Shown piece by piece: positions 19,898 to 30,416 of a stretch of DNA of 64,000 bases. The notes below the pieces were generated by a model, which saw only the letters and a list, made by a program, of their open reading frames with translations, did no database searches and was not told where the DNA came from. Each line of letters starts with the position of its first letter. Positions within the stretch are counted from its first letter, which is position 1. The position numbers and the translations under genes were made by a program. The stretch spans positions 96,001-160,000 of the forward strand of contig CBDAQI010000013.1 in the NCBI GenBank assembly GCA_965198945.1. The letters run 5' to 3'. The stretch is from Thermodesulfobacteriota bacterium. Its GTDB lineage: Bacteria > Desulfobacterota_D > UBA1144 > Nemesobacterales > Mycalebacteriaceae.

Positions 19898-22046
19898 ATG
19901 CCGAAGAAAAAGTTTTTTGCTCCATTTGCGGTCGGAATTGCGGTTTGTCTTTTTTCTGTTTCGCTTTCATTGCTTAAAAACAGCAGCCCTCCGCCGGTTT
20001 CCATTCAGATAGAAGGATTGGAAACAGCTCATTTGCAGTCAGTGGAGATCAGCAGAAAAGCACCGTTTATGAACAGCAGGGTTTCCATGCATGGAGATTT
20101 ATGGAGGACGGAAAGAATCGCCTTTTCTTTTCTTCTTGCCGCGCCTTTAAGAGTGTTGCCGGAAATTGAAAAAATAAGAATAAAAGTCGGGGAGAAGGAA
20201 AAGGTTCTGGAAGGGTCTCGCATTGAGAGAATGCCCGGATACAAAGAGGCCGGAAGCGGTTTTATTCTTTCCCTTTCCGTGGGAAATTTTGACTATTGGA
20301 AGCCGCTGAAGCCTTTTGCCGCTTCCTTTGCAGTTTATGTTTTCATGTCTGTCGCCGGTTTCCTGATACTGCGCCGCCGTTTCAGTATTTTTGTTTCTTC
20401 TATTTGTGCGGCATTTTTCTGTGCGGCGGGTATTTTAAGCGCAGAGGTTGCGGTCTTATCCGCTGTTTTTTTCTCTCTCGGATTTTTTCTCATCTTTCTG
20501 ATACTGACAAACCTTCCCTCTTCACCTGTTTCCGCAAGGCCTTCCCGAGCTGAATTTGAACAATTTCAACAGACCTCACTTTGTGACTTATATACACCTT
20601 TTGTTTTCGCACCTTCCGGCTTTTGGTGCAAAGCTGCTTCTGGGGCTTTCCACCCCCGAAAAAAATAAAATAGTTTTTTTAATCTCGCGTTTTATAAATC
20701 TTGCGGCATTTATCGGATGCGGGGCTTTAGTCTACATCCTTGCAAGAAGATTTGCCGGCGCCCTTTCCTCGGCTCTTGCGTCCGCGGTTTTGCTTTTCAG
20801 TCTCGGATACGCAGTTCACTCCAAGTTTTTGACCGTTGATATTTTACTTGCGTTTTTTATGCTTGCGGCTTTTTACTTTGCTTTGCGCATTTATGAAAAT
20901 GGCAAAACACGGGATTATCTGATAGCGGGTCTTTTTGCGGGCATTGCTGCGGGCGTCAAATACAACGGCATATTTGTCATAGTTGCCTTGGCGGTGATTC
21001 ATTTGATGCTTTGTCACAACGGCAGGCGCGGATTACGCGAGACATTTTTCAATCGTAACCTTGCGCTTGCTTTTTTATGGACGCCACTGGGAATGTTTAT
21101 CGCCGACCCGGCAATCTTATTGAATTTTCACGAATTTCTATCAGATGTTTATGTGAATCTGTCAATTGTCCGTTTCTACGAAGGAGAGACTGAAGGAACT
21201 TCTTACGGAAAAATTCTTGCATATTCACTTGAACTTTTCGGCCCTCTTGGATGTGCGTTTGTTTTTATTTCAAATTTTTCGGCTCTCTATTTTTTGCTGA
21301 ACAAACTTCTTTCTCAAAAGGCTCGCGTCTTGTTAGCGGTTTCGTTGGTCTTGTTCCTTTCTTATTTTACGGTGATGGGTTCTTCTCCGAATATGACCGT
21401 GCGCTATGTTCTCCCGATTTACGTTTTCCTTGTTCCGGCATGCGCGTTTTTCTTTTCTCTAATAGGGAGGAAGCCCTCTCTTTTGCTTGGTTCTGTGATT
21501 CTGCTTTACGGTTCCACATGTTTGTGGATTGTAGGGGAAAGATTTGCCGCCGATCCAAGAATGCAGGCAATTATGTGGGTTAAAGAAAATGCCGGAGGTT
21601 CAGTTCTGGAAAGTTCCCACTATAGTCCTGATTGGAAAGTTATAATTGGAGATTCATATCAAACTGTCACAATGCCCAATATCAACCCAAACAAAATGCC
21701 AATTCTCCAGAAGCTTTTTGACCCTGATAGTTTTATTTCTTCCAGTATTGATGAAGTAACACGAAGACGGAGCAGTGCACACTTTTCCTTTTACACACCG
21801 GAGAGCCTGAGGTTGAGAGCGCCTGACTATGTTACTGTTCACTCCCATTTTGCCGACCAGTTTTTAAGAAATGAGGACGTGTTTCCTCAAATTGCCGACT
21901 ATTTCCGGCAACTGCTCGCCGGAAAATTGAACTATCGTATTGTTTTTGATGAACAAAATCCGGCTTCCCTGCCCTGGTGGGCATATCCGAAAGGGGTTGG
22001 AAACGTGGGCGGGCGGATGGTAATACTTCAAAGAGAGTCTAATTAA
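19898..22046 (+). pseudogene. GT-C (ArnT/PMT-like, family 39/83) membrane glycosyltransferase, split into two ORFs
   Basis: ORF 20556..22046 has SRFINL, HSKFLTVDI, AGLFAGIAAGVKYNG, RYVLP and many TMs. ORF 19898..20668 supplies an N-terminal membrane part in another frame; break at ~20505-20560. Confidence 0.6.
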
Positions 22047-22948
22047 TTTGAAGACTTTTTTTGAGGGCATTCAATTTTTTTTGAAACCTCAAGATACTTG
22101 GTGTGTCTGTTCTGCCATTCTCTTTTTTGATGGTCTCTCGAAAAAACTGACACTTTTTTAGTTCCGCAGTAAAAAGCCAAAAGTCGTGATTCTGAATGTT
22201 TGAGTCCTGAAATTTCAGGACGTATGGAGGATACATGAATGAAAACCGTTCCGTTCAAGTTTTCTTTTTTTGTTATGGTTCTGGGGAAAAAGTGCGGAAC
22301 ATGCAAGTGGCCGGACAGCCAAAGCTCAACCTTCTCTTTCTTTAACACTTCCGCAAAACGTTCTGAATTCAGAATCTTCCGGTCATCAAGGTCGGAAAAT
22401 ATTATGGAGCTACCCTCAAGCGGAGCGTGTGTTATAACGACTATTATTTTGTCCCTGTTTGTTTCCACCTGTTTTTTCCACCAAAGGAATGATTCATTAC
22501 TGATGTATGTCGCTTTATTATCTTTTTCATCGGAAAGTAAAATAAAAAACATATTCCCGTAAAGGAAAGTCTTATTGAAATTCCCCAATTTTTCCTTGAA
22601 CAGTTTTCCGCCGTCTTTTTTGACATCGTGATTGCCGGCAATCTCGTGCCACTGTTTAATATATGATTTTGACCGTTCGTTCAGATACCAGTCAAAAACC
22701 TCTTTGGTCGGAGAATTGACTATGTCTCCGGCGACAAGAGATATTTGGACTCCTGTCGTGTTCCGGTTTAAGTCAGAGACGGCTTTTTCAAAAGCGCGTC
22801 TGTGTTCTCTATCGGTTGGCTGAGTATCAGCTAGCACCCAGACCTTAAAAACGTTTTCCCTCTTAAATATGTCTTCGGGGAAAGATTTGCCCGCGCATGA
22901 GATTAAAACAACGGGCGCAAAAAGTGTCAGCAGAAGCAGGAAACGCAT
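22043..22948 (-). CDS. Calcineurin-like metallophosphoesterase, probable lipoprotein
   Basis: LADTQ, AGDIV, AGNHD, THAP, SGHLH motifs; signal peptide ending VLISC. Confidence 0.85.
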   Translation of the reverse strand: MRFLLLLTLFAPVVLISCAGKSFPEDIFKRENVFKVWVLADTQPTDREHRRAFEKAVSDLNRNTTGVQISLVAGDIVNSPTKEVFDWYLNERSKSYIKQWHEIAGNHDVKKDGGKLFKEKLGNFNKTFLYGNMFFILLSDEKDNKATYISNESFLWWKKQVETNRDKIIVVITHAPLEGSSIIFSDLDDRKILNSERFAEVLKKEKVELWLSGHLHVPHFFPRTITKKENLNGTVFIHVSSIRPEISGLKHSESRLLAFYCGTKKVSVFSRDHQKREWQNRHTKYLEVSKKIECPQKKSSN

Positions 22949-24261
22949 CCTTTTACTTTTTCTCCGCAAACGGAGTCTATTTTTACTTTCACTCTGAGCC
23001 CTGCGGGCAGTTCCGTATCCTCTACGGCGACGGGAATATAATTGTCCGTTGTGCAGATTGAGCGTGTTTCAGATATTGCGGTCAGGGTTCTGCCCATGAA
23101 CCTCTCAAAAAAACTTTGTTTCTTCTTAGAGCCAAGTTCGCGTATTTTCCGGCTTCTGCTTTTTTTTATTTCTTCGGGAACCGGGTTGTCCATAAAGTAT
23201 GCCGAAGTATTTTTTCTGGGCGAATACGGAAAAACATGAAAATAAGTCAGCTCCGAGTCGCGTGCCACCTCAAACGTATTTTGAAACTGACGATAGGTCT
23301 CTCCGGGAAATCCCACGATTATGTCGGTCCCTATGGATGCGTCGGGCATCATTTTTCTTATTGAATTAAGACACTCGGTAAATTGTTCCGAGTGGTAGCG
23401 GCGTCTCATTTTTTTCAAAACATCCGTGTCTCCGCTTTGAAGCGATACATGAAAACTTTCACACACTGATTCAGATTCGGAACAAAACCGTATCAGTTCA
23501 TTGTTTAAATCCGCGGGGTCAAGCGAACTAAGTCTGAGTCTTGGCAGCGGCTCCTGATATTCTTCAATTTCTCTGAGTAAGTATAAAAGAGATGAGCCGA
23601 TGTCTTTGCCGTAACTTGCGAGGTGTATTCCCGTCAAAACAGTCTCTCTGTAACCGTTTTTATACAATGTGGAGAGCCTTTTCAGAACTTCCGCGGGTTG
23701 CAGACTTCTTGATCTTCCCCGCGCCCTTGGGATTATGCAGAAACTGCATGCGTAGTTGCAGCCATCCTGAATTTTCAGAAAAGCTCTCGTTCGTTCCGGA
23801 AAGCGACCTATTGCCGGTGATTCAAATTTCCTTTTCTTCTCCGCAAAAATGTCCGAGACGAAGACCCGCGCAGATTTTTGCGGCAACCCTTTCCGGACTA
23901 TTTCCACAAGAGCTGGAAATTTATGTGAGTTTCCCACCACATAGTCAACGCCCTCCAGTGCGGCTATTTCATCCGCTGAAACCTGGGCGTAGCAACCCGT
24001 CATCACGACAACGCCTTCGGGGTTGGATTTTTTCGCCCGTCGCGCATAATTTCTGGCTTCGGAATCCGTTTTTCCCGTTACTGTGCAGGTGTCAATCACA
24101 TAGACGTCCGCTTTGTCTGAGAACTGTCCGTTGATTTCATATTTGCTTTCCGGCAGTCGTCCGAGCATGGCGGCGGTGTCATACTGGTTTACTTTGCACC
24201 CCAGAGTCAGAACTGAAATTTTACGTTTAGCGCCGCCATTTTTTTCGTCGGTGATTTTCAT
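22927..24261 (-). CDS. mtaB: tRNA t6A37 methylthiotransferase
   Basis: TLGCKVNQYD, DTCTVT, GCYAQ, KIQDGCNYACSFCIIPRARG radical-SAM motif, DIIVGFPGET, HVFPYSPR. Confidence 0.93.
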   Translation of the reverse strand: MKITDEKNGGAKRKISVLTLGCKVNQYDTAAMLGRLPESKYEINGQFSDKADVYVIDTCTVTGKTDSEARNYARRAKKSNPEGVVVMTGCYAQVSADEIAALEGVDYVVGNSHKFPALVEIVRKGLPQKSARVFVSDIFAEKKRKFESPAIGRFPERTRAFLKIQDGCNYACSFCIIPRARGRSRSLQPAEVLKRLSTLYKNGYRETVLTGIHLASYGKDIGSSLLYLLREIEEYQEPLPRLRLSSLDPADLNNELIRFCSESESVCESFHVSLQSGDTDVLKKMRRRYHSEQFTECLNSIRKMMPDASIGTDIIVGFPGETYRQFQNTFEVARDSELTYFHVFPYSPRKNTSAYFMDNPVPEEIKKSRSRKIRELGSKKKQSFFERFMGRTLTAISETRSICTTDNYIPVAVEDTELPAGLRVKVKIDSVCGEKVKGCVSCFC

Positions 24262-24272
24262 TTGAGTTTTTC

Positions 24273-25355
24273 TCAGGCGGCAACCGTCCGTTTGATCCAG
24301 CCGCCTCCCAGCACCTCGCCGCTGTCGTAGAAAACAACCGCCTGCCCCGGAGCAACCGCTCTCTGAGGTTCTGAGAATGTGACAATAGCCCCGCCGTCGG
24401 GTTTGGTTTCAACCGCCGCTTTTTTTTCCGAATGCCCATGCCTTATTTTTGCTTCAATTTCCATTCCGTTTTCCGGAGCTTCCCGAACCCATGAAAGCTT
24501 TTCGGCCACCAGCCCGCGATTGTAGAGGTCAGCCTCGTGTCCGACTGTAATTCTGTTCTTTTCAGAGTCTATTCTGACCACATAAACGGGGTCGCTTTCA
24601 GGATCGGATGTTTGTATGCCGAGCCTCCTTCTCTGCCCCACAGTGTAGGAATGGATTCCGCCATGTTTGCCTACCGTCTCTCCCTGTTTGTCAACAAAAT
24701 TGCCTTCGGGCGGTATGGATTCACCAATGTTTTTTGAAAGAAAATTTCTGTAGTCGCCGCCGGTCAGAAAACAAACCCCCATGCTTTCGGGCTTCTCAGC
24801 GACTTCAAGACCGAATTCCCGCGCCTTTTGCCTGACTTCAGTTTTTGTGCTTTCGCCGAGTGGAAACATAATATTTTCAAGTTCCTTTTGCGTGAGTGTA
24901 AAAAGAAAGTAGGTTTGATCTTTACGGTTGTCAACGCCTTTGAAAAGAGCATTGCCGTTTCGCTCTTTCCGCACCCGCGCGTAGTGGCCGGTTGCCAGAG
25001 CGTCTGCCCCGAGTTCACGCGCACGCCGCAAAAGCAGGTCAAATTTCATAAACTGGTTGCACAGAGTGCAAGGGACCGGAGTTTGCCCCGACCGGTATTT
25101 TTTAACAAAATCTGAAACCACCGTTTTTTGGAATGGCTCCATATAGTTGGCAACATAGTGAGGTATGCCGATTTGACGCGCCACATTTCTTGCGTCTCTT
25201 ACCTCGTCAGCAGAGCAACACCCCCCGGAAGACTCGCCGTAGTCCCAAAGCTGCATTGTGATTCCGATTACTTCGTGCCCTTCATTTTTAAGCATTGCGG
25301 CGACCGTGGATGAATCCACCCCCCCGCTCATTGCAACAACTATTCTCTTTTTCAT
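24273..25355 (-). CDS. mnmA: tRNA 2-thiouridine(34) synthase
   Basis: AMSGGVDSS, TPVPCTLCN, ATGHYA, KDQTYFL, YTVGQRR, VAPGQAVVFY. Confidence 0.97.
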   Translation of the reverse strand: MKKRIVVAMSGGVDSSTVAAMLKNEGHEVIGITMQLWDYGESSGGCCSADEVRDARNVARQIGIPHYVANYMEPFQKTVVSDFVKKYRSGQTPVPCTLCNQFMKFDLLLRRARELGADALATGHYARVRKERNGNALFKGVDNRKDQTYFLFTLTQKELENIMFPLGESTKTEVRQKAREFGLEVAEKPESMGVCFLTGGDYRNFLSKNIGESIPPEGNFVDKQGETVGKHGGIHSYTVGQRRRLGIQTSDPESDPVYVVRIDSEKNRITVGHEADLYNRGLVAEKLSWVREAPENGMEIEAKIRHGHSEKKAAVETKPDGGAIVTFSEPQRAVAPGQAVVFYDSGEVLGGGWIKRTVAA

Positions 25356-25373
25356 TTTCTTAAACTGGAAATT

Positions 25374-25448
25374 TCGGGGTGACTGGACTTGAACCAGCGA
25401 CCTCTGCGTCCCGAACGCAGCGCTCTAGCCAATCTGAGCTACACCCCG
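25374..25448 (-). tRNA. tRNA-Pro (CGG)
   Basis: CGGGGTGTAGCTCAGATTGGCTAGAGCGCTGCGTTCGGGACGCAGAGGTCGCTGGTTCAAGTCCAGTCACCCCGA; anticodon arm CTGCG-TTCGGGA-CGCAG; CCA not encoded. Confidence 0.95.
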
Positions 25449-25531
25449 TTTTTCTTTCAAGAATAGAATCATAACGGATATGATAGTTTTTCACAGTTGA
25501 AAAAGCGTTTGGACGCAGGATAATTCAATAT

Positions 25532-26332
25532 ATGAATTCTTCCCGTCCGGTCGGAATTTTTGACTCCGGTATTGGAGGGCTTACGGTTGTCCGGGAAGTG
25601 GTAAAACTTCTGCCGTCTGAGAACATAATTTATCTGGGTGACACCGCCCGCCTGCCATATGGAACAAAATCCCGTGAAACGGTCATATCTTACTCTCGTA
25701 AGAATGCCGGTTTTCTTGTATCAGAAGGTGTGAAATTTATAATTGCCGCCTGCAACACGGCTTCAGCTTATTCCATACGGATTCTTTCTGAAGAACTGCC
25801 CATTCCGGTTTTCGGTGTTATAACCCCGGGAGCCAAAAGAGCGGCGGCGATTACCCGAAACGGCAAAATCGGTGTCATAGGAACCCCGTCCACAGTCAGA
25901 AGCGGAGCTTATAAAAGCGCCCTTGAGTCTGAAAACCCGTCATTAGAAGTTTCTTCCCTTCCCTGCCCTCTTTTTGTTCCTCTTGTTGAAGAAGGATTAT
26001 GCGAAGGAGAAATAACTGAAACTATTATCCGTAAATACCTTGTTTCATTGCAAAACAAAAAAATTGATACTCTGATATTGGGTTGTACTCACTACCCTCT
26101 TATGAAAAAACCAATCTCTGAAGTTATGGGGGAAAAAGTTACGCTTGTTGATTCGGCCGAAGAGACGGCGGCGGAAACGGCGGCTTTTTTAAGAAAAAAT
26201 GGGCTTTCAAATGAGAGCGGCGGAGGGTCATCGGAGTTTTATCTGACGGACGTCTCGGAAAGTTTTACTGAAATCGCCGGAAGGTTTCTCGGAAAAGAAC
26301 TGGAGACAGTAAATCTTATAGACATGCCTTAA
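25532..26332 (+). CDS. murI: Glutamate racemase
   Basis: GIFDSGIGGLTV, GDTARLPYGTKS, ACNTAS, ILGCTHYP. Confidence 0.97.
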   Translation: MNSSRPVGIFDSGIGGLTVVREVVKLLPSENIIYLGDTARLPYGTKSRETVISYSRKNAGFLVSEGVKFIIAACNTASAYSIRILSEELPIPVFGVITPGAKRAAAITRNGKIGVIGTPSTVRSGAYKSALESENPSLEVSSLPCPLFVPLVEEGLCEGEITETIIRKYLVSLQNKKIDTLILGCTHYPLMKKPISEVMGEKVTLVDSAEETAAETAAFLRKNGLSNESGGGSSEFYLTDVSESFTEIAGRFLGKELETVNLIDMP

Positions 26333-26393
26333 GTCTCTTTTGGCAAAAGACCCCCGCACTGAAAACAAAACAAATGAAGTCACACAGACCCGG

Positions 26394-27386
26394 TCAATCT
26401 GCAAGGGCTTTCTTTAATTCTTCGGTCAGCCGAGGCAAAACTTCAAAAAGGTCTCCGCATATTCCGTAGTCTGATTTTGCAAATATGGGAGCCTCCGGAT
26501 CTTTGTTTATTGAAACGATTACTTTTGAAGAACCCATCCCTGAAAAATGCTGAACTGAGCCTGAGATCGCTATTGCCATATAAAGATTGGGCGAAACCGC
26601 TTTCCCGGTTTGACCGACCTGCATGTCGTAGGGACAGTATCCGGCGTCAACCGCGGCGCGGGTTGCTCCGGCCGCAGCGCCGAGCATGTCCGCAAGATCG
26701 TATATGTGCTTGAAGTTTTCCTCGCTCCCAAGCCCTCTGCCTCCCGAAACAACTCTTTCCGCTTCCGTAAGTTCTGGTCTGTCGGACTCTTTCGTTTTCA
26801 TCTCAACGAGTTTAATTTTCAGGTCGTCCGGTGAAATTTCCACGCTCTCCGAAATTTTTTCACCCTGAACCGGAGACTCCTCCTCTTTGAATGAGTTCGG
26901 CCGCACGGTCGCAATCATTGTGTCATTTCCATGAAACACTTGAGTTGATATGGCGCGGCTTGAGTGCGAATAACGCTTTATGACAAGGGCTCCGTCAGAA
27001 ACATCAAGACTTACCGCTTCCATTGCGAGCCCCGAGGCGGTGCGCGCGGCTACGCGGGGTATGTAGTCTTCCGAGAAAGAACTGTGACCGACGAGCACAA
27101 CTTTAGGCGAGTGTTTTTTAATGAGTTCGGAGAGCGCTTTGACATAACTGTCAGGGTTGAACTCTTTCAGATGCTCATTTTCAACCGTGTAGACTTTTTG
27201 TGCGCCGAATTTGCTCATCTCTTCGGACTGTGATGACACTGAATCCGCCATCACAACTCCGCACAGCGCGGCCCCGTCCAGCTTTGATGAGAGCTCGCGG
27301 CGCGCCTCTGAGATTATTTCAAAAGTCACCTTCCTGATTGAACCGTCCAGTTTCTGGTCTGCCACAACCCATATTTCGTTGCTCAT
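26394..27386 (-). CDS. etfA: Electron transfer flavoprotein alpha subunit
   Basis: LTEAERVVSGGRG, GATRAAVDAG, QVGQTGK, ISGSVQH, INKDPEAPIF. Confidence 0.96.
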   Translation of the reverse strand: MSNEIWVVADQKLDGSIRKVTFEIISEARRELSSKLDGAALCGVVMADSVSSQSEEMSKFGAQKVYTVENEHLKEFNPDSYVKALSELIKKHSPKVVLVGHSSFSEDYIPRVAARTASGLAMEAVSLDVSDGALVIKRYSHSSRAISTQVFHGNDTMIATVRPNSFKEEESPVQGEKISESVEISPDDLKIKLVEMKTKESDRPELTEAERVVSGGRGLGSEENFKHIYDLADMLGAAAGATRAAVDAGYCPYDMQVGQTGKAVSPNLYMAIAISGSVQHFSGMGSSKVIVSINKDPEAPIFAKSDYGICGDLFEVLPRLTEELKKALAD

Positions 27387-27426
27387 TCGTTTAAGTCCTC
27401 CGGTTTGTATTTTACTTTTCCAGGTG

Positions 27427-28266
27427 TCAGATAACCTTGGCTTCCTCTCTGAGAAGTTTTACTATCTCCTGAGCGGAATTTACCACTTCATCGTTTTTTA
27501 CGGTTGTGTCATCCGAGCCTTTTATGATTTTCAGTTTTCTTTCAATCTGCGGAACTTCCACTTTTGTGGTTTTTATCCGCGAGCCCGCTTTGGTGACATT
27601 TTCCCGCGCAATTCCGAGGGCGCCGAAATCTATGTCATCAAGAGAGACCTCATTGACCGGTTTTTTCTTGGCCTTCATTATCCCCGGCAGAGAGGCATAG
27701 CGCGGTTCATTCATTGCGTCGGGGCAGGTTATCAGGGCCGGAAGCGGAAGTTCAATTATTGCGCTTCCACCGTCAACTTCTTTCTGACAAACCATTTTCT
27801 TCTCGTCCGGTTTGATTTCCATAACCTTGCTTACAAGCGCGGCGTGCGGAATTCCAAGTTCTTCGGCAATTTGGATTCCCACTTGAGCCGATTCTTCGTC
27901 AATTGCCTTCATTCCCGTAAAAATCAGATCAACATCACCGATTTTTTTGATTTCCCCCGACACAATTTTGGCAACCGTATAAGGGTCTGTCTCGGCGATT
28001 CCATCATCTTTTATATGGACGGCTGAAGCGGCTCCCATGGCGAGCCCCTGGCGGATGGATTCAATGACTCTTGCCGGACCGGCCGATACAATTATTACTT
28101 CGCCTCCGTGTTTTTCGGCGGTTTGAATCGCTTCTTCAACGGCAAATTCATCATATGGGTTCATTATCCATTTGATTCCCTCAGAATCAATTGAATCGCC
28201 TGAAGCGCTAACCTTGATTTTGGCTTCGGTGTCCTGCGTTTGAGTTACAAAAACAACGATCTTCAT
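27427..28266 (-). CDS. etfB: Electron transfer flavoprotein beta subunit
   Basis: MNPYDEFAVEEA, LAMGA, GMKAIDEESAQVG, NEPRYASLPGIMKAKKKP. Confidence 0.96.
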   Translation of the reverse strand: MKIVVFVTQTQDTEAKIKVSASGDSIDSEGIKWIMNPYDEFAVEEAIQTAEKHGGEVIIVSAGPARVIESIRQGLAMGAASAVHIKDDGIAETDPYTVAKIVSGEIKKIGDVDLIFTGMKAIDEESAQVGIQIAEELGIPHAALVSKVMEIKPDEKKMVCQKEVDGGSAIIELPLPALITCPDAMNEPRYASLPGIMKAKKKPVNEVSLDDIDFGALGIARENVTKAGSRIKTTKVEVPQIERKLKIIKGSDDTTVKNDEVVNSAQEIVKLLREEAKVI

Positions 28267-28300
28267 TTTTTACCTCTTGTTTGTTACAGGTTTCGGAAAC

Positions 28301-28347
28301 GGTTTGATAGAAACAAACTGAAAGTTTATTATAGAGAATGGCTTTTT
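28301..28347. repeat. Intergenic ~47-bp element, copy 1
   Basis: GGTTTGATAGAAAC-aaactg-AAAGTTTAT-t-ATAGAG-aatg-GCTTTTT, similar to 34179-34224. Confidence 0.75.
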
Positions 28348-28355
28348 ACTGTCAA
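28328..28355 (-). promoter_or_regulatory. Sigma70-type promoter for etfBA
   Basis: Minus strand TTGACA (28355-28350), 16-bp spacer, TATAAT (28333-28328). Confidence 0.75.
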
Positions 28356-28389
28356 GAATTGTCTCTCCACTTTGTTATAAGGAATTTGT

Positions 28390-28839
28390 ATGGTCATAGC
28401 CGTAGGAAGCGATGAGAAGACACACCTTACCGATTTTGTTCTGGGCTGCCTGAAAAAACGCGGCCTGCGCGTGAAGATTTTCGGACCTCCAGCCGGGGAA
28501 AATACTCAATGGGCCGATATCGCCGAAGCGGTCGCGCGGGAAGTTTCAGAGGGAGTCTGTGAACAGGGAATACTTTTCTGCTGGACCGGAACCGGGGTTT
28601 CAATCGCCGCAAATAAAATTCCCGGAGTCCGTGCGGCGTTGTGTTGTGATTCTGAAACGGCTTCGGGGGCGAGAAAATGGAATGATGCAAATGTTCTGGC
28701 AATGAGCTTAAGGACCACTTCCACGCAGGTTGCAAAAGAGATACTTGACCGTTGGTTTGAGTCATTTCCCGAAGAGAGTGAAAAAGTTAACATAGAAAAA
28801 ATTTCACAGCTTGAGACCAAGTATTTTCTGAAAAAATGA
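28390..28839 (+). CDS. rpiB: RpiB/LacA/LacB family sugar-phosphate isomerase
   Basis: GILFCWTGTGVSIAANKIPGVRAALC, ARKWNDANVL. Confidence 0.88.
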   Translation: MVIAVGSDEKTHLTDFVLGCLKKRGLRVKIFGPPAGENTQWADIAEAVAREVSEGVCEQGILFCWTGTGVSIAANKIPGVRAALCCDSETASGARKWNDANVLAMSLRTTSTQVAKEILDRWFESFPEESEKVNIEKISQLETKYFLKK

Positions 28840-29840
28840 AAAAAGACCTTTTAACAATTGCCATTGTGGGAGCCACGGGAGCCGTTGGACGCGAGATTAT
28901 TTCCATTCTTAAAGAGAGGGACTTTCCGGTGGGCGCTCTCAAACTTTTTGCATCAGAGCGTTCCGAAGGAAAAAAGATTGAGTTTGGAGACCGCTCATTC
29001 ACCGTTGAGCCCCTTTTTTCCGGATGTTTCAGGGGAGTTGACATGGCAATTTTTTCAGCGGGCGCTTCAACCAGCAGGATTTACGCGCCCCTTGCGGCGG
29101 ACGAAGGCGCGGTGGTTGTGGACAACAGCTCGGCGTTCAGAATGGATGACGATGTTCCGCTTGTGGTGCCCGAAATAAACGGCGGATTGCTGGATGAAAT
29201 TCCGCAAAGACGCATAATTGCGAATCCCAACTGCACAACCGCGATTATGGCGATGGCCGTAAAGCCCATTCACGACTCCGGCAAAGTCACAAATATTATA
29301 GCGACCAGTTTTCAATCGGTCTCCGGAGCCGGAGCTGCGGGGATTGACGAGTTGGAAAATCAGATCAAAAAATGGCCGGCTTCCGCCGGATCTAAAGTTT
29401 TCCCGGCGCAGATTTTTCTCAATGTCATACCTCAGATAGATATTTTCGTTGATAATCAATACACAAAAGAGGAAATGAAAATTCATAATGAAATCAGAAA
29501 AATTCTGGATGCTGACATTAAAGTTAGCGCAACTGCCGTGAGAGTGCCAGTTATGAGAGCTCATTCCATTTCAATGAGTGTGGAGACCGAAACTCCCGTT
29601 TCGCCCCTTGAGGCGGAAAAGGCGATTGAACATTTTCCGGGTGTCCGCGTTGTGTGTGGCGAATCTTATCCGGTGCCGATTGACTGTTCGGGCGGAGACG
29701 ACTGCTTTGTCGGCAGAATAAGGCGGGATATAACGGGCGACAACCGTCTCTGTTTATGGATCGTGGGTGATCAGTTGAGGAAAGGCGCTGCGCTTAATTC
29801 GGTGCAGATAGCCGAACAAATAGCCGGACTACATGTTTAA
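28836..29840 (+). CDS. asd: Aspartate-semialdehyde dehydrogenase
   Basis: VGATGAVG, DNSSAFRM, ANPNCTT, QSVSGAG, VRVPV..AHS, DQLRKGAALN. Confidence 0.97.
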   Translation: MKKDLLTIAIVGATGAVGREIISILKERDFPVGALKLFASERSEGKKIEFGDRSFTVEPLFSGCFRGVDMAIFSAGASTSRIYAPLAADEGAVVVDNSSAFRMDDDVPLVVPEINGGLLDEIPQRRIIANPNCTTAIMAMAVKPIHDSGKVTNIIATSFQSVSGAGAAGIDELENQIKKWPASAGSKVFPAQIFLNVIPQIDIFVDNQYTKEEMKIHNEIRKILDADIKVSATAVRVPVMRAHSISMSVETETPVSPLEAEKAIEHFPGVRVVCGESYPVPIDCSGGDDCFVGRIRRDITGDNRLCLWIVGDQLRKGAALNSVQIAEQIAGLHV

Positions 29841-30396
29841 AGTTTTTTCATCGCTTAAAAAACGGATTTCTTCCGTTTTTGCTCCCAAATCCCTTGCTGA
29901 AATTCCGCCGGAACTGCGCGCCGCGCTGGATCAACAAATGAACAACGAGAAAATTCTCCACTGTCTGAGGGTGGAAAAAGTTTTTTATAAAAACCCCTCT
30001 TCTTTTTCCGGAGAAACCTTTTTCCGTAACGTGGCGGTTCTCACTGATAAAAGACTTATTCTGGCAAAAGAATCTTCATCTTATCAAAAGATAAAAACTT
30101 TTTTTCTTGTGTCAGTCTCGGGTTGTGAATCTCATTCTGACAGCGGCAAACCGGCTTTGCTTGTGGAATTTTCCGACCGGTCTCAAGTCCGTCTTGTTTT
30201 CGCTTTTGATGACCCGGAGACGGGGGTTTTTGAAAACACGCTGAAACGCGTCCGCTCAGATCAGAAAGAAACCCGGACAGGCGGAGCCTTCTGCGGCCAG
30301 TGTGGAAAACAGAGTCGGGCGGGCGCGCGTTTTTGCCATGAGTGCGGAACACGGCTTGATTTTATAACTTCTGAAAATACAATGACTGATAAATAG
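29833..30396 (+). CDS. Hypothetical protein: bacterial PH-like domain plus C-terminal zinc ribbon
   Basis: VAVLTDKRLIL (bPH-like) and FCGQCG..ARFCHECG; overlaps the asd stop. Confidence 0.65.
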   Translation: MFKVFSSLKKRISSVFAPKSLAEIPPELRAALDQQMNNEKILHCLRVEKVFYKNPSSFSGETFFRNVAVLTDKRLILAKESSSYQKIKTFFLVSVSGCESHSDSGKPALLVEFSDRSQVRLVFAFDDPETGVFENTLKRVRSDQKETRTGGAFCGQCGKQSRAGARFCHECGTRLDFITSENTMTDK

Positions 30397-30416
30397 TTTT
30401 GCGGAGAGATATTTTT

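Noticed and set aside
27211..28026. 271-aa + strand ORF
   Set aside because: Antisense shadow of etfB/etfA with no recognisable motifs; the same applies to the many other short overlapping ORFs in the track.
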